A DNA stretch of 64,000 nucleotides, taken from NCBI GenBank assembly GCA_963729625.1, contig CAVSOU010000010.1:288001-352000 (forward strand), given 5' to 3'. This DNA is from an uncultured bacterium. GTDB taxonomy: Bacteria > Chloroflexota > UBA5177 > JANWHV01. A program made the translations under genes and the position numbers. How positions within the stretch are numbered: position 1 is the stretch's first letter; each line of letters begins with the position of its first letter. Of the stretch, positions 28,517 to 38,526 are shown piece after piece. Below the pieces are notes generated by a model. The model saw nothing but the letters and a program-made list of their open reading frames with translations, was not told the origin of the DNA and made no database searches.

Positions 28517-28525
28517 TGGTATAAT
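28517..28525 (+). promoter_or_regulatory. Extended -10 promoter of the MmpL gene
   Basis: TGGTATAAT followed by RBS AGGAGGGG. Confidence 0.55.
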
Positions 28526-28544
28526 TCGCCACAGGAGGGGCCAA

Positions 28545-30743
28545 TTGTTCTACCGCCTCGGGGGCGCCATCTACTACCGGCGGTGGGTCGTGCTGGCCGT
28601 CTGGCTCGTCGCGTTGCTGGCAAGCATTCCATTCGCGCCGCGCGTGGGTTCGGCGCTCGACGGAGGTGGCTTCAGCAACGGCATCAGCGAGTCCGTTCTG
28701 GCAAACAATCTGCTTGTAACCGATCTGAAATTCAATCCCAGCCTCTCCATTGTCTTCTCCAGCACGAGCCTCCGTGCTGCGGATCCTCGCTTCCGTACAG
28801 CCGTGGATGCGGCACTCGGGCCGGCGGCTGGCTTGCCGCATGTGGTGCGCATCGATACAGAGTGGCAACACACGCTCCATCAGCTTGGCCAGCGATTCGT
28901 GTCGGTTGATGGCCATGCCGCTTTGGCCATCCTCGAGTTCGACAGCCAGCTCCAGAATGCCGACACGCTCGTCTCGCAGGTCCGGGGCGCCGTACGCAGC
29001 TCGACGCTGCGGGTGGTTGTCACGGGTGATGCCGCGGTAATTGACGATCTGCAGGTTATGTCTCAAGATGACCTGCAAAGAGTCGAAGTCTATGCGCTTC
29101 CGATTGCCTTGCTGCTCATAATCTTCGTCTTTGGCACGCTACCCGCATCGAGCTTGCCGCTTGCCCTTGGACTCTGCTCGGTGCTGCCAACCATGGCGCT
29201 GATCTTCGCTATTAGCCACGTCGCGGACCTCTCGGTCTTTTGCCTGAATATCACGACAATGATCGGGCTTGGCGTGAGTATCGACTACACGCTGTTCATC
29301 GTGAGCCGATTCCGGGAAGAGGTCCGGCGACATACGGTGGAAGATGCGATCGCCATTGCGGTCGGCACTGCCGGCCGTGCCGTTCTGTTCTCGGGCGTGA
29401 CGGTAATGGCAGGACTATCAGGGCTCTACATCTATCCGGCGGTGGCATTGCGGTCGATCGGGCTGGCTGGAAGCCTGGTTGTGCTCGTGTCGGTCGCGGC
29501 AGCGCTGACGCTGCTCCCAGCTTTATTGGGAGTCGTGGGCACGCACATCGAATCCATGCCCATCTTCCCGCGGAAGCCGTCCGAAAGGAGCCGGTTCTGG
29601 TTTGGGCTTGCAACGTGGGTTACGCGCCATCCATGGCCGGTGATCGTGGCGACGCTTGCGATTGTCGGCGCCATCGCGTCACCGATCGCGGTGACACGCC
29701 TGGGCATCGTCGACGCCACCATCCTACCTACGTCGGCGCAATCGCGTGCCGGGTTCGACATGCTCAATCAGCGGTTCCTGCAAGATCAGAACAACCCTAT
29801 CCTGGCGGTCGTGCATGCGCCGGACGACCTCTTGTCGCCGGCGCCGATGGGCGCACTATATGACTGGGTGCACGAGGTATCCGGCGACCGGGGCCTTGAC
29901 TCCCGGAGAACCCTTAGCCTGGTGACCACGGTTCCATTTGCGACTCGCGCCCAGTACCAGCGGATCCGCGCGTACATGCGCGCGCCGCAAATCTCTGCCA
30001 TCACGGCATCGTTCACCGGGAATGACAGCACTGTTATCGCGTTTCAGCCCACTCCGGGGCAGACCACTGGTCAGCTCGACGCTCTGGTTCAGAGGATACG
30101 GGCGACCCCTATCGGGGCCGGGCTGGTTCACTACATTGGGGGCACGCAGGCTGCAAGTATGGACTTCCTTGCCGGAGCCTACGCGAAGTTTCCACTCTGC
30201 CTCCTCGTGGTGGTGGCGGCTACCTATGCCGTGCTGCTGGTGTTCCTGCGCTCCGCCATACTGCCGCTGAAGGCGGTATTCATGAATGCGCTCAGCCTGA
30301 TCGGGGCTTACGGAGCAGTGGTCTGGATCTTCCAGCAGGGCCATCTCAATACCTTGTTCGACTTCACTCCAGCGGGCCATATCGACGATATCACGCCAAT
30401 CCTCTTGTTCTGCATACTGTTCGGATTATCGATGGACTACGAGGTATTTCTGCTGAGCCGGGTGCATGAGCAGTACTTGCTGACAGGCGACAATGCTGCG
30501 AGTGTGGCGCGCGGACTCGAGCGCATGGGAAGAATCATCACCGGAGCGGGCGCCATCCTGGTGGTGGTGGCCGGCAGCTTTGCCTTCGCCAACGTCGTGC
30601 TGATCAAAGCACTGGGTCTGGGCCTGGCGATTGCTATCTTCCTCGACGCAACGGTGATACGCTGCATGCTCGTTCCGGCTACCATCTGTGTGCTCGGGCA
30701 GTGGAATTGGTGGCTGCCCTTCCGCTCCTTGTGGCGCCGGTAG
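28545..30743 (+). CDS. MMPL (RND superfamily) transporter
   Basis: GLGVSIDYTLFIVSRFREE, TAGRAVLFSG, FGLSMDYEVFLLSR, LDATVIR..LVPA..WNWW. Confidence 0.92.
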   Translation: MFYRLGGAIYYRRWVVLAVWLVALLASIPFAPRVGSALDGGGFSNGISESVLANNLLVTDLKFNPSLSIVFSSTSLRAADPRFRTAVDAALGPAAGLPHVVRIDTEWQHTLHQLGQRFVSVDGHAALAILEFDSQLQNADTLVSQVRGAVRSSTLRVVVTGDAAVIDDLQVMSQDDLQRVEVYALPIALLLIIFVFGTLPASSLPLALGLCSVLPTMALIFAISHVADLSVFCLNITTMIGLGVSIDYTLFIVSRFREEVRRHTVEDAIAIAVGTAGRAVLFSGVTVMAGLSGLYIYPAVALRSIGLAGSLVVLVSVAAALTLLPALLGVVGTHIESMPIFPRKPSERSRFWFGLATWVTRHPWPVIVATLAIVGAIASPIAVTRLGIVDATILPTSAQSRAGFDMLNQRFLQDQNNPILAVVHAPDDLLSPAPMGALYDWVHEVSGDRGLDSRRTLSLVTTVPFATRAQYQRIRAYMRAPQISAITASFTGNDSTVIAFQPTPGQTTGQLDALVQRIRATPIGAGLVHYIGGTQAASMDFLAGAYAKFPLCLLVVVAATYAVLLVFLRSAILPLKAVFMNALSLIGAYGAVVWIFQQGHLNTLFDFTPAGHIDDITPILLFCILFGLSMDYEVFLLSRVHEQYLLTGDNAASVARGLERMGRIITGAGAILVVVAGSFAFANVVLIKALGLGLAIAIFLDATVIRCMLVPATICVLGQWNWWLPFRSLWRR

Positions 30744-30943
30744 GCTCTTGAACCTCTCCTCGTCATTGCCGCATTTGGTGTCTGCCGTAACTGCACAGGC
30801 ACGCCGCCTGGCGTGCAGCCTGGGCCTGGAGCTCCGGTCACGATAGCACGCGTGCGGTACCCGTTCAGGGCCTCTCGAAAAGCCGGTGACCGTACGCGGT
30901 CAGCCTTGATTCGCCAATCCGGCCACCCTGGGATGCACGTGGT

Positions 30944-32122
30944 TCAACCTGCAATGATCGTTAAGCTCGGCTCGACGGTCGTCATGGGCTCGGCGCCTCC
31001 CTCCGTGACCAGGAAGGCATCCTCGAACCGGAATCCGCCCCAGGGCGCGAAGAACATCGGCACGTCGATTGACATGATCATTGATGCTTCAAGAACTTCG
31101 ACGTTGCTGGGACCGCAATACGGCGGCTCGAATTCCTGCAGGCCGACACTGTGCCCGACTCCATAAGCGCAGTACTTCGCGTAGCCGTGCTCGTCGAGCA
31201 ACGATCGAGCGGCGGCATCAACCACATTGCACGCCACGCCCGGACGCAGCGCCGCCACGCTGCGCCGCTGGGCCTCCAGCGCGACGTCAATGGCCGTGCG
31301 TAGTGGCGCCGGCGGCTCGCCGACGTGCACCAGGCGCGCTATCGGCGCGCAGTATCCTTCGTACCGCGCGGCGAATGTGAGGGAAACGAGGTCTCCGGGC
31401 TGCACCTGCCGATGGCCGGAGCGTGCAATGATCGGTCTCGAGTTCTCGGGGCCGGAAGCGACAATAGAGTCGATCGCGGCGCCCTCCGCACCTTCGGCAC
31501 GCATCGCATGTTCGGCGGCGGCGGCTATCTCGAATTCATAGGCGCCAACGTGGCACGCCTTCAGGGCGGCCAGCATGGCACGCTGGGCGAGTGAAAAGGC
31601 GTACCTCAGCACGGTCACCTCGTCGGCCGACTTGCGTTTCCGAAGGCCGACCAACACCTGATCGGCGCTCACTATCTCCGCTAATCCAAATGCTGGACGC
31701 AGACGCTCCCACACAGCCACCGACATCAGGTTGAGCCCGGCGATACCCACGCGGTGAGGGGTCGCGGCGCCGGCATCCCGCACGATGTCGGCCATGCGCT
31801 GCATCGCCAGGTATGGGTACTCTTCGCCAGGAACCCCGAACTCCTCAATCGCAACGATCTTTGGCGCCTCGGACACGAGAGCCGCATACGCCGCTGTCTC
31901 AGGGCCGGTTACCAACGTAGGATCACCCTGCGGAGCGAGCACCACGCAAGTGGGCTCGAAATGTGCAGGAAAGTTGACGAGGTACCGGACATCTCCCGGC
32001 CCAAAGACGACATGATCGTCGCTGAAAGCCACGTAGAGATCCAGACCAGTCGCACGCATGGCCTCTTGGGTTGCCCGCCATCGACGCTCAAACTCATGTC
32101 GCGGTAGCGATGGTAGCTGCAC
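30944..32122 (-). CDS. Xaa-Pro peptidase / M24 family protein
   Basis: Creatinase-like N-domain, RKRKSADEV, GVGHSVGL.EFEPP, GFRFED. Some metal ligands appear substituted. Confidence 0.82.
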   Translation of the reverse strand: MQLPSLPRHEFERRWRATQEAMRATGLDLYVAFSDDHVVFGPGDVRYLVNFPAHFEPTCVVLAPQGDPTLVTGPETAAYAALVSEAPKIVAIEEFGVPGEEYPYLAMQRMADIVRDAGAATPHRVGIAGLNLMSVAVWERLRPAFGLAEIVSADQVLVGLRKRKSADEVTVLRYAFSLAQRAMLAALKACHVGAYEFEIAAAAEHAMRAEGAEGAAIDSIVASGPENSRPIIARSGHRQVQPGDLVSLTFAARYEGYCAPIARLVHVGEPPAPLRTAIDVALEAQRRSVAALRPGVACNVVDAAARSLLDEHGYAKYCAYGVGHSVGLQEFEPPYCGPSNVEVLEASMIMSIDVPMFFAPWGGFRFEDAFLVTEGGAEPMTTVEPSLTIIAG

Positions 32123-32323
32123 GATCCGCCCTCCTCTTTTCGAGCTATTCTGCTTCAGCCAAGGTCGCTTTGCTCTGGAAGCCAGCCAATGCATTCTTGC
32201 GCCGTCGGTTCCATGTCGCCAAGGTCAGCATAGCGATCCTGTCGACATCGGGCGGCGGGGCAGATTGCCGGCACTGGTAGACCGTGCTCCAGACGTCTCC
32301 ACGTCCTCGCGGCCACCAAACAC

Positions 32324-32355
32324 AAAAAACCGGCCCGTAAAGTGGCCGGTTTTCT
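32324..32355 (-). terminator. Intrinsic terminator downstream of tRNA-Arg
   Basis: Minus strand reads AAAACCGGCC-N8-GGCCGGTTTTTT. Confidence 0.75.
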
Positions 32356-32356
32356 C

Positions 32357-32432
32357 TGGTACACCCGCGGCGATTCGAACGCCGAACCTTCAGATCCGCA
32401 ATCTGATGCTCTATCCATTGAGCTACGGGTGC
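32357..32432 (-). tRNA. tRNA-Arg(GCG)
   Basis: GCACCCGTAGCTCAATGGATAGAGCATCAGATTGCGGATCTGAAGGTTCGGCGTTCGAATCGCCGCGGGTGTACCA. Anticodon loop TTGCGGA, A20 identity element, CCA encoded. Confidence 0.93.
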
Positions 32433-32448
32433 GTGCGCGTGCCATAGT

Positions 32449-32477
32449 AGTATAGCGAGCCGCCGGACCTCATGCAA
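32449..32477 (-). promoter_or_regulatory. Sigma70 promoter of tRNA-Arg
   Basis: Minus strand TTGCAT-N17-TATACT. Confidence 0.6.
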
Positions 32478-34224
32478 TCCGCCCCGCGCTCGCCTGTGCT
32501 GAACATCTCCTGCCGGAAAGTAGCGCTGGCGGCGCGTCTTGCGCCCCCGTCGAGATGGCGGTGCTCGTGGCCTGTTCGGTGTCGCTGAGAAGAGGCGTCG
32601 GACTCGGGACCGGGGTCTGAATGAAGTAGTTTGTCGCAGTGGCACTTGCAGGCCGCGATAGCTTCTGCGGCAAGGCAGTCGTACTGGGCCGCGGCTCTGC
32701 CACAATCGGCCGAGGCGCGCTCGGAAGCGCCATCAGGGCATGCAGAGGCGGAGGAAGATCGCGGCCCACAATCAAGCCCCCTGATACGAGGCTGCGGATT
32801 CCGAGCGGCCCCGCGTATACATAACCGTCTAGGTCGTCCGGCTTTGCACTCCACACCAGCTCGGCGTTCTCAAAATACTGGACAAGGCGCCCGTTCACCT
32901 CGCGTTTCTCCGAGATCGGCAGGCCAAACGTCGATGGTCCGCCGTGGGCAAGGTAGAACTGAAGGAAGCGATTGGTGACCGAGTGCCCGGTCTGTGGATA
33001 GTAGCGAGTATCCGCAGTGTTTCTGACCTTCTTCACGGGCAGCAACCAGTCCCGTCCAGGCGCGGCGGCCAGCCCCAGGTGTACGGGAAGCACCACGTGT
33101 GCGACTGGATTATAGACGAGTTGCTGTGCGGCAAAGTACTGAGTGAGTGATCCATCCACGTCGACTGCTTCCGTCTCGGGAGGGCCGAGGCCAGCATATC
33201 CGCCGTGCTTTCTGAAGTAGGTCAGGTACGCACCGGATACGGAGTGGCCGGTATATGGGAAGTACCACTCCAGGCCAGACGCGGCGCCGGAGACAACGAC
33301 CCGATCGGGCGTGTCACCCGCGTGCCCTGACGGCTCCCAGCTGAAGTCGCGCATCGCGTAGTTCATGAGGTCGCGCGCGTCCGTGAACACGTTTGCAGTG
33401 TTGAGAATCGCTGCCATGATGTGCCGCCCGTCGCGCTTGGCGTCGATGACCTGACACACGCCGGCTCCGCTCGTCCAGCCGGGCTTCACGCCATCGGCTC
33501 CCGGATACCACTGGATGAAATAGTCCACGGTCCGCAAGTCGTGCTCCTCGTTGTGCTGTGTCTTGGGCACGATGTATCTCTGAGTGTTCACGATCTTGCG
33601 GAAGAGCGGATAGCGCATGGCATACCGTGCCAAGGTTACAAGGTCGCGGGCCGATGAGTAGTGCCCCGGACTGTCTCCGTCGGCTGACTTCGAGAAGCCA
33701 TAGGGATTCTCGTAGTGTGTGTGCTTCAGCTGCAGCTGCTGAGCGCGGGTGTTCATCAGGGCGACGAAACTGGACTCAGACCCACTCACGTGTTCCGCGA
33801 TGGCTATCGCCGCATCGTTTCCCGAAGGTACCAGCAAGCCGTAGAGCAGATCGGTCATCGAGACGCGCTCGCCTTCGACCAGCCCCATCGTGGACTGGCC
33901 AACGCTCGCGGCTCGCTTGCTGACGCGGACGAGGTCGTGTAAGTGGCCGTGTTCAATCGTGAGCAGCGCCGTCATGATCTTCGTGGTGCTGGCCATGGGA
34001 AGCGGTTTGTCCGCATTGACCATTCTGAGCCACCGGCCCGAATCCACGTCGAGTACGGCCACCGCCGACGCCAGCAACGGTGGTTCTGGATATGCAAGCG
34101 TCGTGCTGAGTGGGCCAATTCCGCCGGCCAGGGCCGGCATGCCGCGAGGATCGTGCTCGCACCCCGTGACCAGGAGTGCGGCGACCACGAGCAGGGCAAG
34201 AATTCGGCGCCGCAATGCTTCCAT
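32470..34224 (-). CDS. D-alanyl-D-alanine carboxypeptidase (S11) lipoprotein with C-terminal Chloroflexota-type repeats
   Basis: Lipobox LLVTGC, ASTTKIMT (SxxK), PSGNDAA (SxN), GVKPGWT (KTG variant), two Y[F/Y]PxTGHSV..GxP..E..QYF repeats, Pro/Thr tail. Confidence 0.88.
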   Translation of the reverse strand: MEALRRRILALLVVAALLVTGCEHDPRGMPALAGGIGPLSTTLAYPEPPLLASAVAVLDVDSGRWLRMVNADKPLPMASTTKIMTALLTIEHGHLHDLVRVSKRAASVGQSTMGLVEGERVSMTDLLYGLLVPSGNDAAIAIAEHVSGSESSFVALMNTRAQQLQLKHTHYENPYGFSKSADGDSPGHYSSARDLVTLARYAMRYPLFRKIVNTQRYIVPKTQHNEEHDLRTVDYFIQWYPGADGVKPGWTSGAGVCQVIDAKRDGRHIMAAILNTANVFTDARDLMNYAMRDFSWEPSGHAGDTPDRVVVSGAASGLEWYFPYTGHSVSGAYLTYFRKHGGYAGLGPPETEAVDVDGSLTQYFAAQQLVYNPVAHVVLPVHLGLAAAPGRDWLLPVKKVRNTADTRYYPQTGHSVTNRFLQFYLAHGGPSTFGLPISEKREVNGRLVQYFENAELVWSAKPDDLDGYVYAGPLGIRSLVSGGLIVGRDLPPPLHALMALPSAPRPIVAEPRPSTTALPQKLSRPASATATNYFIQTPVPSPTPLLSDTEQATSTAISTGAQDAPPALLSGRRCSAQASAGRIA

Positions 34225-34307
34225 GCTTCCACTCGGCCGTAGGAGCCGTGGCCGGTGCAGGCCACGCAGCGCCACAGTACGACAGACGGCAAGGCCTGTC
34301 AATCCGG

Positions 34308-35891
34308 TTATGGCGCTACTTGGCCTCCGTACTCGCCCCACTCTTCTCGGAGCACGGTGCAGATCTCGCCTATCGTGCAATGGGCTGCGAGCGCCCGTTT
34401 CATCGGTGGAAGCATGTTGCCGGTCCCGCGGGCAGCCGAACGGACCTCAGAAAGCGATCCGGAAACCGCGGTCTCGCTCCTTTGCGACTTCATGCGAGCG
34501 AGCGCCTGGATCTGGGCCTTCTCACCCTCCGGATCGAGATGATGGAGGCGCAGCGTGGAGTGCTGCTCGGACCGCTGATAATTCATGCCGACCACGATCT
34601 TGTCACTCGCCTGCACTGCGAGCTGATCGTCGTAGGCACTCAACTCTATCTTGCTTTGCATGAAACCCGACTCAATGGCCGCGACAGCTCCACCAAGTGA
34701 GTCAATTTCGTCGATAAGCTCGCGCGCTCGCCGCTCGACCTCGTCGGTGAGATATTCGACGTAGTACGAACCTCCGAGTGGGTCGGCGGTGGCCGTGATT
34801 CCGGTCTCCAGGCCGATTATCTGTTGCGTCCGCAGCGCGAGGGTTGCGGACTCCTCCGTCGGCAAAGCAAGCGCTTCGTCGTAGCTATTGGTGTGCAGGC
34901 TCTGCGTGCCGCCGAGGACGCCAGCCAACGCCTGCAGCGTCACGCGCACGACGTTATTCAGGGGCTGCTGGGCCGTCAACGCGCTACCCGCCGTCTGCGT
35001 GTGGAAGCGCATCAGTTGCGAGGCGGCGTTCTCGCAATTGAATCTCTCCCGAATAATGGTCGCCCATAGCCTTCGCGCCGCCCTGAATTTGGCGATCTCT
35101 TCGAAGAAATCGATGTGGGCGTTGAAGAAGAATGACAGCCTGGGGGCGAATTGCTCAATGCGCAGACCGGCCTTCAGTGCACTTTCGACGTAAGCGATTC
35201 CGTTTGCCAGGGTAAACGCGAGCTCCTGCACTGCTGTCGCGCCGGCCTCGCGAATATGGTAGCCGCTGATGCTGATGGTGTTCCATTGCGGCATGCTGTC
35301 GTTGCAATAGGCGAAAATATCCGTGATCAGGCGCATCGAAGGTCGCGGGGGGAAGATGTACGTGCCTCGCGCGACATATTCCTTGAGAATGTCGTTCTGA
35401 ATCGTTCCATGTAGCGACTTCGCGGGCACGCCCTGCTCGTCTGCCGCCAGCTCGTAGAGCAGCAACAGCATTGCGGCAGTTGCATTGATAGTCATCGACG
35501 TGCTGACCTTGTCCAATGGAATTCCGTCAAAGAGGCGCTGCATGTCGGCGAGGGAATCGATGGCCACGCCGACGCGGCCGACCTCGCCTTCGGACAAAGG
35601 GTGGTCCGAATCGTACCCGATCTGCGTCGGAAGGTCGAAGGCTACGCTGAGGCCGGTGCCGCCGCCGTCGAGTAGCATCTTGAACCGTCCATTTGTCTCG
35701 GCGGCCGATGCGTACCCCGCGTACTGCCTGATGGTCCACAAACGATTGCGGTACATCTCCGGGTAGATTCCGCGCGTGAAAGGGTATGAGCCAGGAAGTG
35801 ACTGCTCTCTCTGGCTCTGGAGGTCAGTATGTACGGGGTCGATTGGAATACCTGACCCTGTGGTGCGCGCGGATGTGGTCCTATCCGTCAC
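34308..35891 (-). CDS. Methylmalonyl-CoA mutase, substrate-binding (large) subunit without the B12-binding domain
   Basis: [18 protein letters not shown] (Tyr specificity residue), [43 protein letters not shown]. Start uncertain. Confidence 0.92.
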   Translation of the reverse strand: MTDRTTSARTTGSGIPIDPVHTDLQSQREQSLPGSYPFTRGIYPEMYRNRLWTIRQYAGYASAAETNGRFKMLLDGGGTGLSVAFDLPTQIGYDSDHPLSEGEVGRVGVAIDSLADMQRLFDGIPLDKVSTSMTINATAAMLLLLYELAADEQGVPAKSLHGTIQNDILKEYVARGTYIFPPRPSMRLITDIFAYCNDSMPQWNTISISGYHIREAGATAVQELAFTLANGIAYVESALKAGLRIEQFAPRLSFFFNAHIDFFEEIAKFRAARRLWATIIRERFNCENAASQLMRFHTQTAGSALTAQQPLNNVVRVTLQALAGVLGGTQSLHTNSYDEALALPTEESATLALRTQQIIGLETGITATADPLGGSYYVEYLTDEVERRARELIDEIDSLGGAVAAIESGFMQSKIELSAYDDQLAVQASDKIVVGMNYQRSEQHSTLRLHHLDPEGEKAQIQALARMKSQRSETAVSGSLSEVRSAARGTGNMLPPMKRALAAHCTIGEICTVLREEWGEYGGQVAP

Positions 35892-35967
35892 GGCACAATA
35901 CTCGCGCAGTGACGTTTGTGCCGCAGGGAGCGGAATGCATGAAGACACGGCCGCGGCGCCGCCCCGA

Positions 35968-36867
35968 TCATGTTGAGCTGGAGCGGGCCCGGAGAGTCTC
36001 GCCCACAAGTTCCACTATCTCCGGAATCGTGTCCGCGACCGGGAAACCGCGCCCGCGAAAGGCTGCAACCTTGGATTCAGGTCCGCCGGTACCGCCGCTG
36101 ATGATTGCGCCTGCGTGACCCATGCGCTTGCCTGGAGGGGCGCTCCGGCCCGATATGAAGGTGACAACCGGCTTCCGAGCCGTGGGCGGTATGCCGTCCA
36201 GATAGGCAGCTGCCTCTTCCTCGTCGCTGCCGCCGATTTCGCCGATGAGCACCACCGCATCGGTGGCCGGATCCGCCTGGAAAAGCTGGAGAACATCGAC
36301 AAAGGTCGAACCGATGATCGGGTCGCCGCCGATGCCCACACAGGTACTTTGGCCCACGCCATGCCTGCTGAGCAAGTCGCCGACTTCGTAGGTTAGCGTA
36401 CCACTCCGCGAAGCAATTCCCACTCGTCCCGGTAAGAACACGTCGCCCGGCATGATGCCCACCTTTGCTGCGCCGGGAGTTATCACTCCAGGACAGTTCG
36501 GACCGATCAATCGGGTGCGCGGATGGTCTTGGAGAAAGCGCACGACCCGTACCATGTCGTGAATGGGAATGCCCTCGCTCAGGCAAACGACAAGCGCAAT
36601 CCCCGCATGTGCCGCCTCCATTATCGCGTCGGCCGCGCCGGGAGCAGGAACGAATATGATCGATGCGTTCGCGCCGGTCGCCGCCACGGCCTCGCTGGCC
36701 GAATCAAACACCGGAATCCCGGCCCTTTGCTCCCCGCCCTTTCCGGGCGTGACGCCGGCCACCACGTTGGTGCCGTAGGCGACCATCTGCGACGTGTGGA
36801 AAGCCCCATCGCGTCCCGTCATGCCCTGCACCAGCAAACGCGTATCGGCATCTACAAGAATCGACAT
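35968..36867 (-). CDS. sucD: Succinate--CoA ligase alpha subunit
   Basis: [43 protein letters not shown]. Confidence 0.96.
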   Translation of the reverse strand: MSILVDADTRLLVQGMTGRDGAFHTSQMVAYGTNVVAGVTPGKGGEQRAGIPVFDSASEAVAATGANASIIFVPAPGAADAIMEAAHAGIALVVCLSEGIPIHDMVRVVRFLQDHPRTRLIGPNCPGVITPGAAKVGIMPGDVFLPGRVGIASRSGTLTYEVGDLLSRHGVGQSTCVGIGGDPIIGSTFVDVLQLFQADPATDAVVLIGEIGGSDEEEAAAYLDGIPPTARKPVVTFISGRSAPPGKRMGHAGAIISGGTGGPESKVAAFRGRGFPVADTIPEIVELVGETLRARSSST

Positions 36868-36878
36868 CTGTTCCTCGT

Positions 36879-37436
36879 TTACAATTCCTGAATGGTCACA
36901 GTGTTTATCACCACTCGCTCACGAGGCGCGGACTTGTCCGGACCGCCAACAGGGGTATCGGCAATCTTGTCGACAACGTCGAGGCCGGCAGTGACCTGTC
37001 CAAAGATCGTGTACTGCGGAGGCAGCCGCGTGCCGCTTGCTCCCTGCACAATGAAGAACTGACTCCCATTGGTATTCGGGCCCGCATTCGCCATGGCAAG
37101 AGTGCCGAGCTTGTATGGGCTCGTGACCGGCTCATCCTCGAATCGATATCCGGGTCCGCCGGTACCGGATCCTGTCGGATCGCCGCCCTGAATCATGAAA
37201 CCCTTGATTACGCGATGGAAGATGACCCCGTCATAGAATCCTTGTGTGGCCAGAAACACGAAGTTGTTGACGGTCCTGGGCGCGACGTCGCTGAAGAGCT
37301 CGACCGTGATTGAGCCAAAGTTCGTGTCCAGCGTCGCGGAATAGGACTTGCCTGGATTCAGTGCCATGGCGGGCGCGGCGCCCCACTGATTCTTTCCGCG
37401 TGGCCGCTGGCCCGCCGCAGAGAACGCTTCAAGCAT
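36879..37436 (-). CDS. Cyclophilin-type peptidyl-prolyl cis-trans isomerase (cytoplasmic)
   Basis: [41 protein letters not shown]. Confidence 0.94.
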   Translation of the reverse strand: MLEAFSAAGQRPRGKNQWGAAPAMALNPGKSYSATLDTNFGSITVELFSDVAPRTVNNFVFLATQGFYDGVIFHRVIKGFMIQGGDPTGSGTGGPGYRFEDEPVTSPYKLGTLAMANAGPNTNGSQFFIVQGASGTRLPPQYTIFGQVTAGLDVVDKIADTPVGGPDKSAPRERVVINTVTIQEL

Positions 37437-37581
37437 CTCCGTATCTCCCCTATCCTGACCCTCTGTGTCGCGGAGGCAGTCACGTCAATCCAGGACGGCC
37501 ACTATCGAACCGAGTGACCGTCCTGTGCAGTCATCCGGCAGCCAGAATGACCGACATGCCGAACGTCGCGCAGTCGACCGT

Positions 37582-38526
37582 CTACGACACCTGTATCGTA
37601 ACGTTGGTTATCTTTACGGGCTTGTTCGGAGCGCTGGCCTCACCGCTCGCGGAGGCGTGCACCTTTGCCTGAGCGATCGTATTCACGACTGCCTGGCCGG
37701 CCGTCACATGGCCAAACAAGGCGTACGTGCGTGGGAGCGACGCGCCCTGCGGCCCCTGAATGATAAAGAACTGACTGCCACCCGTGTTGGCCGACGACAT
37801 GTTGGCCATCGCCAGATCCCCGATCTCGTAGGCACGCGGCACAGCATCATCCTTGATCGTATAGCCCGGACCGCCGGTCCCGGTCCCAGTTGGATCGCCG
37901 CCCTGGATCATGAATCCCGACACCACGCGATGGAAGATGATCCCATTGAAATAGTCGTGGCAGGCGAGGAAGACGAAGTTGTTCGCCGCGATCGGGCCCA
38001 ATTTCGGCAGAATATCGGCCGTGATTGCCCCGTACGTTGTGAAGATCGTCGCCGTATAGTTCTTGCTCTTGTCAATGACCTGAGATGGCGCCGCACCCCA
38101 TTTCTTCGCTCCTTCAGCCTTATTCGCTGCGCGAGCAAACGGCGCACACGCAGCTGAACTTGCCGCCAGCTGCGCGCCGCTTGGCACCGAGGGCGTGCCG
38201 ATGGCCACGGTCGGCAGTGGCGAGGGAGTCTTGGTGGGCGACACAGGAGGCTGGGTTGGCATTGGGGTCATCGTTAACGTCGCGCCCGAAGCGGCGGTAG
38301 TCGTTGGACCGGTCTGCTGCGCTAGCAGGACTATGGCGATGATCGTTGCCACGACTGCAACCACGGCGATGATTCCGAACACCATTGGAAAGGGATCGCG
38401 AACCTCGAGGCCTCGTCGACCTGCCGGATGAGGCCGCGTAGAACGCGCCTGGTCCGGCGCACCACTAGCGCGAGGACTGGCCGGCTTAGGGGGGCGATCT
38501 GTGGGATCAGTTGGTCCGGTACTCAT
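37582..38526 (-). CDS. Membrane-anchored cyclophilin-type PPIase
   Basis: TM helix, Pro/Thr linker, [31 protein letters not shown]. Confidence 0.92.
   Translation of the reverse strand: MSTGPTDPTDRPPKPASPRASGAPDQARSTRPHPAGRRGLEVRDPFPMVFGIIAVVAVVATIIAIVLLAQQTGPTTTAASGATLTMTPMPTQPPVSPTKTPSPLPTVAIGTPSVPSGAQLAASSAACAPFARAANKAEGAKKWGAAPSQVIDKSKNYTATIFTTYGAITADILPKLGPIAANNFVFLACHDYFNGIIFHRVVSGFMIQGGDPTGTGTGGPGYTIKDDAVPRAYEIGDLAMANMSSANTGGSQFFIIQGPQGASLPRTYALFGHVTAGQAVVNTIAQAKVHASASGEASAPNKPVKITNVTIQVS

Noticed and set aside
15692-32356. Accessory-looking block between inward-facing tRNA-Ser and tRNA-Arg as a genomic island
   Set aside because: No integrase, transposase or duplicated tRNA 3' end was found, and composition looks like the rest of the window.
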